The position numbers and the translations under genes are program-made. A stretch of 63,482 nucleotides of DNA, filler included, from Trichomonas gallinae (taxonomy: Eukaryota), in NCBI GenBank assembly GCA_008369845.1. It is 4 parts of 4 records of this genome, joined end to end, with 100 filler letters (N's around TTAATTAATTAA, not from the genome) between each part and the next. Parts side by side here need not be neighbours in the genome. Positions count along the whole stretch, not along the records: positions 1 to 16,949 come from MRSU01001438.1; 3 more parts are not named here. One strand, written 5' to 3'. Positions 1 to 11,343 of the stretch are shown here, piece after piece. A model generated the notes under the pieces. The model worked only from the letters and a program-made list of their open reading frames with translations, was not told the origin of the DNA and made no database searches. Numbering within the stretch: position 1 is the first letter of the stretch; every line of letters begins with the position of its first letter.

Positions 1-541
1 TACCACCATCTAACTAATAATCGTTTTCCCCTCAAATTATTTGGGGGGACTGCAAACTGTGGCAAAACTGGGTATATATTTGAGCTCAATGCATTTATTG
101 TTATTATTCACAAATTTGTATTTAAATTCAAAAGGCAAGTCTTATGATAATTCATAATAAGATGTGCCACTTTTAGCGAGTGAACCCCGAATCCAAAATC
201 AGCGAATGCAATATTTCTAACTTGTAAAAGAATCATCAAAGCACAGCAAACATCTTGTTTGGCAATACAACTACTTGTGAATGGCATTCAAGACGAGAAT
301 TGGTCTTTGTTGTATTTTTTATATTTGTTGAATTAGCTAATCATAAAAAAAGTTAACATTTCAACTATGATTCATTCCATTTAGAGCTAAGGATTCAGTT
401 TCATAACACCAATATTTCTAATAAATTTTTATTGTGTGGAAAGGTTTTTGTTGCATTTACCAAAGTGTTTTAATCTATATGTACACGAATTATATTTCAA
501 TAAAAAGATTAAAGTTCGAAAAGATTAATTTACATAACATT

Positions 542-1738
542 TTATTTCAACATTTGATCAATCAATTTCTTATAATTACGAATAACGGCTTTGAGATGCT
601 TATCATTCAATATATCATTTGGTACTTTATTAAGTGCCTCTTTAATTGCTTTTAATTCATTTTGATTTTGATGTATTGCTAATATATCACTAGGATTCAA
701 GCTTTTCAGTGCATCACACCAATTTGCACGATAAATGATTTGTTTCCTCCAATTATTCCAACTATTGTGATTATTAAATGCAATTATCACTCTATCTTCA
801 ATAGGGACGCCAAAGTCATTCTGTGCAATGTTTTTAACCATATTTAGATCTAATGGAACGCTTAGAATATCATAGAATGGATCATTCATAAGATTTTCAT
901 CGAGAACTATTGAAAAAAGATTTATAAAGAACTTATTACGGGTAGAAAACTGCTCCCTAATCTCAGGAAGACCATTAGTGTTCTTAGGAGACACTTTAAA
1001 CTTAACTTTAAAATAATCATTTTCCAATAATCTAGTATCAGGTGAGCAAACAAGTTTAAAACCTAATTCTGCAATGCTCTCTATTCTCGGATCCATTGAT
1101 GGCATCCATAATGCAAAAGGTCCTGTATATTGAATCGGTGATAATAACGAAAATAGTGTAAATGCCGCTTTATTCGCTGTATTTGGATCATCTGCTGTAA
1201 TTAAAATAGTCTGATCATATATAATTGCATCATATGCTTGTGTTAAATCTTGATTTGTGAAATGTTCCCAATAACTATAGTGTCTGTATGTGTTATGCCC
1301 TTCTGTTATACATGCTGATGTTAATCCTGTTGGAAAATCCATCTCAATATTTGTTTTTAGGTTATTATCCCAAGAAGCTAATAATGAGGCGACATAAGCG
1401 AACCGTAAAGCTGGCTCTTCGAGGTCATTTTTGCTAGATTCTGTAATGGTTTCCTTTAAAAATGTAGAAAAAATGTAAGCAAAAGGATTTTTTGATTCGA
1501 TTATTATTTCGAACGTTTTTTCGTTAAAAGGGAATGATAATGTATAATAGAAAGTGGTTCCTATAGTAAATGTGAATACGATCGGCTTTGTTTTTGAATA
1601 TTGACCTGGAAAACAATCGATTAAAAAATATTCTTGATTTTCAAGCGGAACAGCACCTTCCGGAAAAGTATCTTCTATATGACCAATCATGTCATCAGAT
1701 ATCGAGACTAAATATGCCGCTTCATATAATTTAGCCAT
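542..1738 (-). CDS. Hypothetical protein, probable divergent DENN-domain (Rab GEF-like) protein
   Basis: ~398-aa ORF from the ATG at 1738. The segments IIIESKNPFAYIFSTFL and YDAIIYDQTILITADDPNTANKAAFTLFSLLSPIQY resemble uDENN/cDENN patterns. Family call is tentative. Confidence 0.55.
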   Translation of the reverse strand: MAKLYEAAYLVSISDDMIGHIEDTFPEGAVPLENQEYFLIDCFPGQYSKTKPIVFTFTIGTTFYYTLSFPFNEKTFEIIIESKNPFAYIFSTFLKETITESSKNDLEEPALRFAYVASLLASWDNNLKTNIEMDFPTGLTSACITEGHNTYRHYSYWEHFTNQDLTQAYDAIIYDQTILITADDPNTANKAAFTLFSLLSPIQYTGPFALWMPSMDPRIESIAELGFKLVCSPDTRLLENDYFKVKFKVSPKNTNGLPEIREQFSTRNKFFINLFSIVLDENLMNDPFYDILSVPLDLNMVKNIAQNDFGVPIEDRVIIAFNNHNSWNNWRKQIIYRANWCDALKSLNPSDILAIHQNQNELKAIKEALNKVPNDILNDKHLKAVIRNYKKLIDQMLK

Positions 1739-1972
1739 CTTCAAAAAAAAAAACTATCTGACAATTTTGGCAAAAAAATTCTTCTTTGACAAATTGACGC
1801 TGATAATTCAATAAGGTTATAAATCTTTCTTGATCAAATATTTGACATGTAATTTAATAACTGTAATGTAAATATTTACATGTTATATAATAATAGGAGA
1901 AATGTTTTGCATTATTATATAATGACGCATAATAATAGTTTTTATTAAAACACTCATGATTGATGTCACTTT

Positions 1973-3454
1973 TTAGACCCTCGTGTTAGTACGCGACAAT
2001 TCATATTTGTTTTGATAATAATCTTTGAAAACATCTCTATTAAAATTGGATACGTTGCTGTAAGGAACATTGAAGTATATATTAGATAGCATTGATCCAT
2101 TATGAATTTTTTCTTTATTGTCTATTTGAGAATTCTTAAGGTTGACAATGTATTGATTTAATGGAAAATGCAACCTTTTCAGTAATAGTGCATAGTGATA
2201 ATTTGCAAGCCTCCATAGTTTTTCATCCGTTCTTCTCTCAATGATTGTTTTATACAATGACTTTACTGTCTCCAATTGTTCAACAAGTTGATCTGGTTTT
2301 AAGCAGTAATGATACAACTTGGCCAGACAAAAGTAAGCAGTATGATCATTTCTTTTCACTGCTTTATTGAAATAAAAATCAGACTTATCAAAATATAATT
2401 GATTTTTCTTGTAATAAAACAGCTGCTGGTAAAATATGCCGAACTTTATCCAAATTTCTGTTGGTACATATGATGAGTCAAGGCCTTTTTGGATGTTTTC
2501 ATATTCATTAATATATTCTTCAATGTTAACATTAGGATTATTACTATAGCTTCTTTCAAGCTTTTCATCAAGCAACATCAAATAACGTATTTTGGCTGTA
2601 TCAAATTCTGCAGCAATTTCTTTTACTTTATCAATATTATCGTATTCTTTATAAAGTTTACCAATGAATGTTGTTTTATCGAGAATGTAGTTATAAGATA
2701 TACCCTTTGTACTCAGGAAATAAAAGATACACTGCCATGATTGATATATACTAAATTGCTTTGGATCTAGAAGTTGATTCTTTAAATCGATTTTAAGCTT
2801 TTCAAAATCAATTTTGTTGGAATTTTCTGCTTTCAATTCTGATGGATACTGAAATTCGGGGAACTGCAAAAGAATATAAACGATAGATAATGGACACTTA
2901 ATATCTTCTTTATTGATCAAACAGATTTTTGAAAGAGTGTGGAGATATTCATTAAAATAAGCCTTCTTGTGATTCTCTTCTTTGTATAAATTGCGTGAAA
3001 CTAGTTCGAATAATAACCTTCCAAAGCAAACAGTAAGATTAGTATTATCATTTGGGCATGGGATATAATAAAATGAATCTAAACTATTTATTGATGGTAA
3101 AAGAACTCTTTTCAGCGTATCTATTTTAAACGAATGGGAAACTCCATCTTTTGTATCTAGAGAAATATTTTTCTCTTCAAATTCCATAAAATCTCGTAAT
3201 ATCGTTTTAATAATTTTTGATGTATCAATTTTAAATAGATCAGCGAAAAATTCATCGAGATGGTAAAAGGTTATGCCGGTGTTTTTCATTTTTGGCTCCG
3301 ATTTGCAAATTTTATAATTTAAAATTTTTGGATTAGGAGACTGAAAGTATAATTCGTCACTATTAGGATCAACTTCTATTACAGTTTGCGGCTTTTTATT
3401 TCTATCAAATTCTATAAGTAGTTTTTTTCCTTCTACCAATCCATTAATTTCCAT
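1973..3454 (-). CDS. Hypothetical protein with possible C-terminal Sel1/TPR-like repeat
   Basis: 493-aa ORF; KSDFYFNKAVKRNDHTAYFCLAKLYHY is Sel1-like. The N-terminus may be truncated (see findings). Confidence 0.55.
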   Translation of the reverse strand: MEINGLVEGKKLLIEFDRNKKPQTVIEVDPNSDELYFQSPNPKILNYKICKSEPKMKNTGITFYHLDEFFADLFKIDTSKIIKTILRDFMEFEEKNISLDTKDGVSHSFKIDTLKRVLLPSINSLDSFYYIPCPNDNTNLTVCFGRLLFELVSRNLYKEENHKKAYFNEYLHTLSKICLINKEDIKCPLSIVYILLQFPEFQYPSELKAENSNKIDFEKLKIDLKNQLLDPKQFSIYQSWQCIFYFLSTKGISYNYILDKTTFIGKLYKEYDNIDKVKEIAAEFDTAKIRYLMLLDEKLERSYSNNPNVNIEEYINEYENIQKGLDSSYVPTEIWIKFGIFYQQLFYYKKNQLYFDKSDFYFNKAVKRNDHTAYFCLAKLYHYCLKPDQLVEQLETVKSLYKTIIERRTDEKLWRLANYHYALLLKRLHFPLNQYIVNLKNSQIDNKEKIHNGSMLSNIYFNVPYSNVSNFNRDVFKDYYQNKYELSRTNTRV

Positions 3455-4306
3455 TTTCTGTCACCTTTATAAATTTTCCAACTTTTTGACAATTTTCTAA
3501 AAAATCATTCGTTTTTGAAACATCTTATGGAAACATCAACACAGGGAGTTGGTATCCTTCTGAAGCATATACTTGATGATCAGACTCTATTGTTTTAATT
3601 TCATATTCTTTATAACAAAGTATGGGATTTTGAGAGAACTAACTCTTTTCTATTCATATGGTTGAGGATTTTATACGCTTGTTAATGATGCAATATTTTG
3701 AAATTTAGTTTATAAAGATCAAATTACAAAATTTGCCAATAGACAAATAATTATGCTAGTTTATGTTATTTAGGAATTGAATTAACATTTATTTTCGTAT
3801 GGATTGATTAAGTTATTAAGGAAACAGTCTAAAAAGATTAATATTTTGCAAAAATTTATCATAAACTAAAATTGCAAATGAATAAGAAGGAATATAATTT
3901 TTATGGTTTGTATGATGAAATCTTCCATAGCAGAAAGAATTAAATGTGTAAATTAGGAAATATCTTCATCAAGCCATTATTGGAAATAGCATAGATAAAT
4001 CAAGCCATTACTCTACAAATGATGAGTCAAGTATGTCTTTATGCGTTAGTGGAGGTTTTGACAAGTATTCGTTCAAGATTTTTTACTAAGATTCACGATT
4101 TCATTCTCATTTTGAAATTTGATAGATTAAGATATAAACTAATGTATTTTGAGTTAAAAATCAAGATTTTATCGAAGATTTTTAAATTCTCGAGAATTGG
4201 GTGGAGAAATTAAAAATATAAGAATTATATCATAAACTATGACCAAATCAGTGAAAATTAAGCTGACCAACTTCACCTGAAGTGAAGTAAAAAAGTGTCA
4301 TTTCAC

Positions 4307-5725
4307 ATGACATCTGCAAACGAAGAGGCATGCACAACAATTATCGTCGGTTCACAGCAGTCCGACGACGGTTCTATGTACTATGGACGCTCTGATGACT
4401 CCAGAGCGCACAAAGGAGCTAAATTCATCTTTACACCAACTGTTGACAACGGCCCAGAAGAGTTTGTCGCATTGGACAGTCCATTTAAGTGCAAGTTAGG
4501 CGGAAAGCGCTTAGGTTTCAGTGCCGTTGAGCGCGCTGATTTACCATATCATTGGGGAGAAGGCGGTTTCAACGTTCTCGGTGTCGGCATGAGTGCCACA
4601 GAGACAATCTTCTCCAACGAGAAAGTTCTCAAGCTTGATCCATACGTTGAAACAGGTATTGGCGAAAACAGCGTTTTCCAGATCACTCTCCCATACATCC
4701 ACTCCGCTAGAGAAGGTGTTGAGAGACTTGGCAAGCTCATCGAGGAGTACGGCAGCCGCGAAGGCTTCGGTATCGCTTTCATGGATAACAAGGAAGTCTG
4801 GTACTTAGAAAACGCCGGTGGACATAGATATCTCGCTTGCAAGCAGCCACAGGATCAGTATTTCGTCAGTGGCAATCAGAGCCGCTACAGAGTCTACAAG
4901 CCAGATGACAAGGAGAACTACTACGCCTCTGCTGACCTTGTTTCATGGGCTGTTGAGAATGGACTTTGCGAATCCGCTGAGAAGTTCGACTTCCACGAGG
5001 CTTATTCACTCGAGAGCAAGAATGATAAGACATACAACTATCCAAGAGTCTGGGCATTGCAGAAGTTCTTCACACCATCTGTCGAGACAAACGTTGAAGT
5101 CAACGAATTCCCAGTTTATCAGAAGGCTGATCACCCAATCACACTCAACGAGATGAGAGAGGCCTTCCGCCATCACTACAACGGCACAGAGCACGACCCA
5201 TACCTCCACTCCAATCCAAAGGAGCCATACAGGCCAGTATCCATCTTCAGAACAATCAACACACACATTCTCCAGGTTAGACCAAACCTTCCAAAGGAAA
5301 TCGGCTGCATTAACCACGTCGCCATGGGTATGGCTGACTTGAGTGTCTTCCTCCCACTCTACCAGGGTGTTATGTCATATCCAGAGGAATACACACACTG
5401 CCCATCCCACTCCTGCAGCAAGTCCGCTTACTGGTACTTCCGCAAGGTCACATGCCTCGCCATGACTGACTACAACAGAATGGCACCAGTCGTCAAGAAG
5501 GCTTATGCTGACTTCGAGGCAAAGACAGATGCAGCATGCAAGGAGATGGAGAAGGAGTACCTCCGCATCGCAAAGGACTCAAGAACAGAGGCTGACCGCT
5601 ACCTTCAAGAGTTCTCTGACATGATGCTCCACGAGGCCCTCGAACTCGCCAAGAAGCTCCTCGACCAACTCTTCACACAGATGTCTGTCGGAGTTGAGAA
5701 CGTCTACATGTTCCACGGCGCTTAA
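4307..5725 (+). CDS. Peptidase family C69 (dipeptidase A/PepD-like, Ntn hydrolase)
   Basis: N-terminal CTTIIVG with nucleophile Cys, DGS-x4-R, GFNVLGVGMSATET, SAREGVERLG and YNYPRVW motifs. ATG at 4307 follows AAAAGTGTCATTTCAC. Strong C-ending codon bias. Confidence 0.92.
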   Translation: MTSANEEACTTIIVGSQQSDDGSMYYGRSDDSRAHKGAKFIFTPTVDNGPEEFVALDSPFKCKLGGKRLGFSAVERADLPYHWGEGGFNVLGVGMSATETIFSNEKVLKLDPYVETGIGENSVFQITLPYIHSAREGVERLGKLIEEYGSREGFGIAFMDNKEVWYLENAGGHRYLACKQPQDQYFVSGNQSRYRVYKPDDKENYYASADLVSWAVENGLCESAEKFDFHEAYSLESKNDKTYNYPRVWALQKFFTPSVETNVEVNEFPVYQKADHPITLNEMREAFRHHYNGTEHDPYLHSNPKEPYRPVSIFRTINTHILQVRPNLPKEIGCINHVAMGMADLSVFLPLYQGVMSYPEEYTHCPSHSCSKSAYWYFRKVTCLAMTDYNRMAPVVKKAYADFEAKTDAACKEMEKEYLRIAKDSRTEADRYLQEFSDMMLHEALELAKKLLDQLFTQMSVGVENVYMFHGA

Positions 5726-6170
5726 GCATTTTAATTTATTACCTTTTGCATTTTTATGATGCAAAATTTCTTTAAACTCTTCTTAATCTTATCTATTAAT
5801 CGAAACATCTAGATGAAATCAATGACATTACAGAAGAACATATCATGAAAATGAAATAAAAAAAAGTCATGGTGGATATGCAACGTTTGATTTATGTGAT
5901 ATATTCATAGCATAAGCATTGCAATATATCATTTTGTTCTCTATAGCTTCTAAAGTAAATCATTGTATTAAATGTGTATTTCAATGAAGTAATAAAATGA
6001 ATGAAGTCGGAAAAAGAACTAAGGTTATATGAATGAATATATATAACAAATGTATCGAATAGATGGGGCTATTAGAGATCGATTTTTTGGTTATGAGAAA
6101 ATATTTGCCATGTTATAAGAGTATATACTAACAAACATTTAAATAAACATAAAATAAAATAACAAAAAAA

Positions 6171-9100
6171 TTAGCGTGGTAAAGTTCTTGCTGTTTTGAT
6201 TGGCTGTGATTCGAGCTTTTCTGCTTCAGCAAGCAATTTGTTGAGAAGCTCCGGTGGAATAATGTAAGGAGTGATGAACATCATGAAGTCGATGTCTGCG
6301 TCAGTGACAATTTCTTCTCTCTCCATTTCGACTTTATAAGTTTTGTCTGAGACGATTGGTGCTGTTTTCGGCCTCGGCATCTCATAGATCAATGTGTCTG
6401 GATTCTTTGGCTGTGTTGGCGTCATCTTTGTGACTCTCGGCTTGGGACGTCCTGATGTTTCATGCACGCGAATAGACATCTTTGTTGTGTCAAGTGTTGC
6501 AACAGAAAGTTGTGGCATTGTTTTTCTCGCAGTGAGACATAAATCGCCAGAATTTTCACGTTTGATTGTCGGTTTTGAACCAATGAACAAGTCACCAGAG
6601 CTTTCTCTCTGCATTGCAGTCTTAGCGCGCTGTCCAGCAACAACAAGATCTCCTGCGAGAACTGTCTTTGCTTTCGATGATGTGATATGCGATGGAGCGA
6701 ATGTTGTCGACGGACGAGTTTTGTGTGTTTCAGTTCGGCTCTGTCTTCCTCCAATTATCAATGCCACTTCTCCTCCTCCTACTTCCACTTCTTCGACTTC
6801 CTTGTAGTTTCTTCTCGAAGTCTTTGGCGGATTCTCGGCTTCAGCAACTTTCTTTGTGACTTTAATTCTCGAATTATTTATTGTTCTTTCGATTTCTTTT
6901 TGTCTTGAATTGTCAACTGGTCTCGGTTTCATCGAGTTTTCGATCCTTGAAATTCTTTTGTTTACGCTAAGATGTCGTTGATTGACTTGTTTCTGGCGCT
7001 TTTTTAGGCGAGTTCTGAGGTCTGAAAGTTCCTTGAATGGATCAATGTTGTCTATTGATCCATAATACTTCATAATATGCGGCTTCATCATCTTTGAGCC
7101 TTCTTTGATTGCGCGAAGTAATTCGTTAGTGAATGTCAATCTATCTTCCATTATAATTATTCCTGACTCTTGTTTTCTCGATGATGTTCCAAACGCGCGG
7201 TGTTTCGTTGCGTTCATCGTGCTTGTGTATGACTCTGAGACTTCATCTTCACTACGTGGATTATTTTGAATAACTTTTCCTTTCTTGACTGCGGTCAAAA
7301 CAACACCGGCTGTGTCCACGAAGTTGTAGACTTCATCGTCAGGTGTGTCAATGACTTCTTTGATCATCATCTTCTTGGCGACACCATCAGCAATTTCGAG
7401 AGCTGACTTGAGAATTCTAATCGGTTCGCCATCTGGTCCGATTTCTCCTTGATCTTTGTAGATGCTGCTTTCTTCGCCTTCAGTGTTGCCTGCGAGAAAT
7501 CCAGCAACTTCTTTTGCCAGTTCGCTCAATCCTGGAAGGTCTTCGAAGCCTTTGACAGTGATTGTTGCAGAAGGAAGAGCACTGTAACTGCTTCTAGCTG
7601 ACTCAGCAGCTGATTTTCTTGATTCTGTTCGCTTTTCCCATGGTGCTAATGTTAGAACCTGCTCGCCAATGAATAAAGCACCAGCAAATTCAGGACAGTT
7701 TGATTTCTTGTAGATTCTTCCATCTTGTCCAACAACTTCTTCGAAAGAATTCTCCCCACGTTCTTCGAATAACTTGGCACGTTTTCTCTCTTTGATCTGC
7801 GGGAATTTCGCTGACTCATTATTATTAGTCTTGCTTCCTGACGGACGAATTCCGCCGCTTGGCTCTGCTGCATTGATCTTTCTCACCATTCTAGAAATTT
7901 TAGTTGAAACAGCTGGAAATTCAGTCTTGATGTTTTGCACTGGTTTTCCGCCGATTTGTGGAACAGGAACATGACCCTTGAAGCCAAGCAAAGCAGCAAG
8001 AATTCCGACATATTTATTAGTGAGAACACCATAGTCTCCTGTGTTTTCGTTGCTGATGTCGCTATCGTTGAGAAAGTTGAAAGCGAGGTCTTCGAGAGAA
8101 ATTGCTTCTTTCTTTTTCGTTGGCGTGAGATTTTTGATTGTTTCTTCTTTCTCTACTGGCTTCTTTTCTTTGATTGGTGTTGGCATTGGCGTGTCCATGT
8201 ATTCTTCTTCTTGCTCTTCGTCTGACACTTCTTCCTTGATGATTTCCATTTCTTGTGATTTTTGTTCTGGTTCTTTTCGTCCGAAATGAATTTTCTTCGG
8301 GATCTGGCCGACGCTCAAATTCTGCTTGCCGAGTTTTGTGCTGATATCATCTGATCCAGCAGGAATTATCTTCTGCGGCAGTTTCTGAATTTCGTGAAAG
8401 TTCTTCTGAATATTTGAAATTTCGAGAGCTTCGCCGATTCCTTGCAACTTGAAACTCGCGCTGGAATTGAATGAAGAGTTGCTGAGGCTGCCGATAGGAA
8501 TAAAGCTGTCGTATGTTGATGATTGTCTTGAAAGAGATAAGTTTGTTGAGGCCTGGGAAAGAGCTCTCGAATTCATTGTTCGCTTAGAGATTTTCTCAAC
8601 GAAAATATCACCAGGAGATCTTCTGAATCTTCTCACGTTTTCAAGAACTGCTCTCCTGATTGCTGAGATTTCCTGCATGAGAGGATGTATTGGCTCAGTC
8701 ACTGGCCTCACTGAGTGTCTCCTTGACCTCATTCCTCTTGAGTTATTGAAGTTAAATGAGATGCTTTCGAGTCCTTCTTCCTCCTCCTCTTCTTCTTCCT
8801 CTTCTTCGACTTTCTTGAATCTGTCTGAATACATGAGAGGTCCATCATGTAGGCCAAACCTTGGATCTATCTTGTTGTAAGCGATGGCCTCGTCATGAGC
8901 TTCCATAGAAAGAATCATGATTGCGTCTCTGCGGAGTCTTTCTCTCCATTCCGCTTTGATTTTCATGTCCTGCTCGTTCTGTTTTGATTTGTGCTCTGAT
9001 AAACCTGCCTGGTTGAAGAGCATGTTCTTGATTCTGTAATTCTTGACGTCATTCGCTCTCTTCTTCGGATCTGTCGTTGAGATATCGCTAGGTTTTTGTG

Positions 9101-10766
9101 TTGCGAGAAGGAAAATCAACTGAATCCATAGCGATTTTACTTCATTAGGCTCCCATTCAGTTAAATCTTCTTCGCACATCGGAAACTGGACGACGTCTTT
9201 ATAAGCGTGCAGTGTCGTTGAAATGAAGTTCGTCGGCGAATCAATTGCTTGGACTCTGTTTCTCTTTTTGAGCTGAGGAGCTCTGCCGCCGAAAGGAGAA
9301 CCGTTAGTTCTGTCAACAGTGAAATTCGCTTTGACTTTGAAGCAGTCGAAAATGTATTTCCTGATTGTATCTCTTCGCGAATGATATCTCGACCATTCCA
9401 TGAACTTGCGCGTTTTCTGTTTAGCGACAATAATCTTCCGCCACAAAACAAATGAGCTGTAAAATGTGAAGTGAACTGTATCGCCCATCATTAAAAAGAC
9501 CCATCTAATCAATCTCGCTCTAGCATTGTAAATAACGTCGTGCATCATTGCTATATATGCTCCAGCCTCGACGATGTTCAGCCTCCATTGCCTGAATGCT
9601 TTGTTGAGTGAAAATAGGACTGTGCGCTGGCTGTGTATGTCTTTGAACATCCTCAACATTCTCGTTTTGTCAACGTAAGTGTACCAGTATTTCAAAGCTC
9701 TCAGCTGGATTCCAGCTTTGAGTTTGTATTCAGCCATCAATGTCATGAAAGCTCTGTAGGCCTTAGACATAATTATCTTGTTGACTTTGTTTTGTATGTC
9801 GTGCATGTTCTGATGTATTGTCATTTTCATCAAGGCGTTGTTCCTCAATGCTTTTTTGACGCGAAGAATCAAAAAGCGCTTGAAAGCAATGTTAGCATTC
9901 GCTTCCAGTCTTTTCTGCTTCTTCTTGTTGGCGAGAACGAACGACCACTCCGGTATATAGAAGAAGCGGTTCGGATTGGGATAGATTCCCCTTTTGTGCG
10001 CGCGATGCAATGATGCCCATCTTTTCCAAACGTGATATGCCCAGTACATGTTTCCGAATTGCATGCGATTTCTGCCGACGTTGTAGACTGACATGTGGGA
10101 ATGCATTAATGTGACTTGTTCTTGCGTTAATTGGAGCCAAGCTTTAAAAAATGTTTCGATTAAAGGTTTGTTGAATGCGCAAACGATTTTTGTGATCCTG
10201 TTATGATCAAATGATGGTTTCATGAGAAGAAAATTAGTTTTCATGTATGTATTAAAGTTTGTTTTCTGTAAAAAATATGTTTGAATTGGTAAAATTCCGG
10301 AAAGCTCATGAAATGATAAGAATTTGTCGAAGTAATGCCTGGCAACATCTGCTGGTGGCATCAATGCCAATTTCCATGCAGAAAAAGCATGTGCGTATTT
10401 TACTTGTCGAATTTTCTTGAAAAATAAGAACATGTTGTACAGTCTTTTGCGTCGCCTAAACGATCTCCAGTTTCTTTGTATCACAAGAGCAGATTGTTCT
10501 CGAACAGATTCGATTGAATTCTTGTCTATGAACTCTTTGATACTGCGTGGAGTCGCAAGAGTTGTTTCTTCACGCAGTGTAGATATAAGAGCTGTCTCTT
10601 CCTTATTTCCTTCGAATTTGTTCAATAAATTGATGGAAAAAGGAAGAGTTGGAACTTTGCGGACTTGTGTAGTAGCTGTCTTTGGGCGTCTGTTGTTGAT
10701 TACACCAAACCGGCAGCCACTTTGCCGACTCGTCACGTAAGTTCCCCTCACTAACGAGGAGCTCAT
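6171..10766 (-). CDS. Large hypothetical protein with an IQ motif and Sfi1-like (F..W) repeats
   Basis: 1531-aa ORF; ALVIQRNWRSFRRRK is an IQ motif. Repeated FSAWK, FFKAWL, AYHVWKRW, ALKYWY, AFRQWR and FVLWRK, followed by a low-complexity C-terminal half. Confidence 0.7.
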   Translation of the reverse strand: MSSSLVRGTYVTSRQSGCRFGVINNRRPKTATTQVRKVPTLPFSINLLNKFEGNKEETALISTLREETTLATPRSIKEFIDKNSIESVREQSALVIQRNWRSFRRRKRLYNMFLFFKKIRQVKYAHAFSAWKLALMPPADVARHYFDKFLSFHELSGILPIQTYFLQKTNFNTYMKTNFLLMKPSFDHNRITKIVCAFNKPLIETFFKAWLQLTQEQVTLMHSHMSVYNVGRNRMQFGNMYWAYHVWKRWASLHRAHKRGIYPNPNRFFYIPEWSFVLANKKKQKRLEANANIAFKRFLILRVKKALRNNALMKMTIHQNMHDIQNKVNKIIMSKAYRAFMTLMAEYKLKAGIQLRALKYWYTYVDKTRMLRMFKDIHSQRTVLFSLNKAFRQWRLNIVEAGAYIAMMHDVIYNARARLIRWVFLMMGDTVHFTFYSSFVLWRKIIVAKQKTRKFMEWSRYHSRRDTIRKYIFDCFKVKANFTVDRTNGSPFGGRAPQLKKRNRVQAIDSPTNFISTTLHAYKDVVQFPMCEEDLTEWEPNEVKSLWIQLIFLLATQKPSDISTTDPKKRANDVKNYRIKNMLFNQAGLSEHKSKQNEQDMKIKAEWRERLRRDAIMILSMEAHDEAIAYNKIDPRFGLHDGPLMYSDRFKKVEEEEEEEEEEEGLESISFNFNNSRGMRSRRHSVRPVTEPIHPLMQEISAIRRAVLENVRRFRRSPGDIFVEKISKRTMNSRALSQASTNLSLSRQSSTYDSFIPIGSLSNSSFNSSASFKLQGIGEALEISNIQKNFHEIQKLPQKIIPAGSDDISTKLGKQNLSVGQIPKKIHFGRKEPEQKSQEMEIIKEEVSDEEQEEEYMDTPMPTPIKEKKPVEKEETIKNLTPTKKKEAISLEDLAFNFLNDSDISNENTGDYGVLTNKYVGILAALLGFKGHVPVPQIGGKPVQNIKTEFPAVSTKISRMVRKINAAEPSGGIRPSGSKTNNNESAKFPQIKERKRAKLFEERGENSFEEVVGQDGRIYKKSNCPEFAGALFIGEQVLTLAPWEKRTESRKSAAESARSSYSALPSATITVKGFEDLPGLSELAKEVAGFLAGNTEGEESSIYKDQGEIGPDGEPIRILKSALEIADGVAKKMMIKEVIDTPDDEVYNFVDTAGVVLTAVKKGKVIQNNPRSEDEVSESYTSTMNATKHRAFGTSSRKQESGIIIMEDRLTFTNELLRAIKEGSKMMKPHIMKYYGSIDNIDPFKELSDLRTRLKKRQKQVNQRHLSVNKRISRIENSMKPRPVDNSRQKEIERTINNSRIKVTKKVAEAENPPKTSRRNYKEVEEVEVGGGEVALIIGGRQSRTETHKTRPSTTFAPSHITSSKAKTVLAGDLVVAGQRAKTAMQRESSGDLFIGSKPTIKRENSGDLCLTARKTMPQLSVATLDTTKMSIRVHETSGRPKPRVTKMTPTQPKNPDTLIYEMPRPKTAPIVSDKTYKVEMEREEIVTDADIDFMMFITPYIIPPELLNKLLAEAEKLESQPIKTARTLPR

Positions 10767-11343
10767 TGAGGGAAGGGTCTGACTAAAATTTCCAGGGGGG
10801 AGTTATTTTATAACGAACATATTGACATCAATTTTTGACATTTGGCAAAATATTTGACATTTGTCAAAAATCAAACATCAAGCGTAATAAATGCACTATA
10901 GGTCATCTAATAATCAAAGCATGCAACATTGCTAAGATTTTTGATCCATTTCACAGTTAGATACGTTATTCAAAATCATGAGTAAATATTCGTAAGCTAA
11001 CCACTTTATTAAAGAATGATGGCACTAGTATCAAATGTTAGTGTTTATACATTTTATTAATATGCGTGTGTCTAAGTCTAACTAGACTTTCTAAATGAGT
11101 TTTTATGTTACCTAGCATCCAATTCGAAATTAATATGAACTAAATATGAAGATATGAGCCTTATTGATATTATTATAGCCATCATATATTGGACTAGAAT
11201 ATATTACATATATTTATATTCTAATTATCATATATATCTTCTATGAGATTTTTGAATAAACAATAAATTAGCACGAAAAGCCTGAATTTTGAAGCAACTG
11301 AAGAGCAAGTAATATCGTTTATGCTGCCAAAAATAAGTGTTAA

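Noticed and set aside
1..350. Possible decayed gene end at the window start
   Set aside because: Short interrupted frames only; cannot be assigned without upstream sequence.
4549..5317. Several antisense and alternate-frame ORFs inside the dipeptidase (likewise inside IFT80 and the 1531-aa gene)
   Set aside because: Shadow ORFs caused by codon bias; no recognisable motifs or promoter context.
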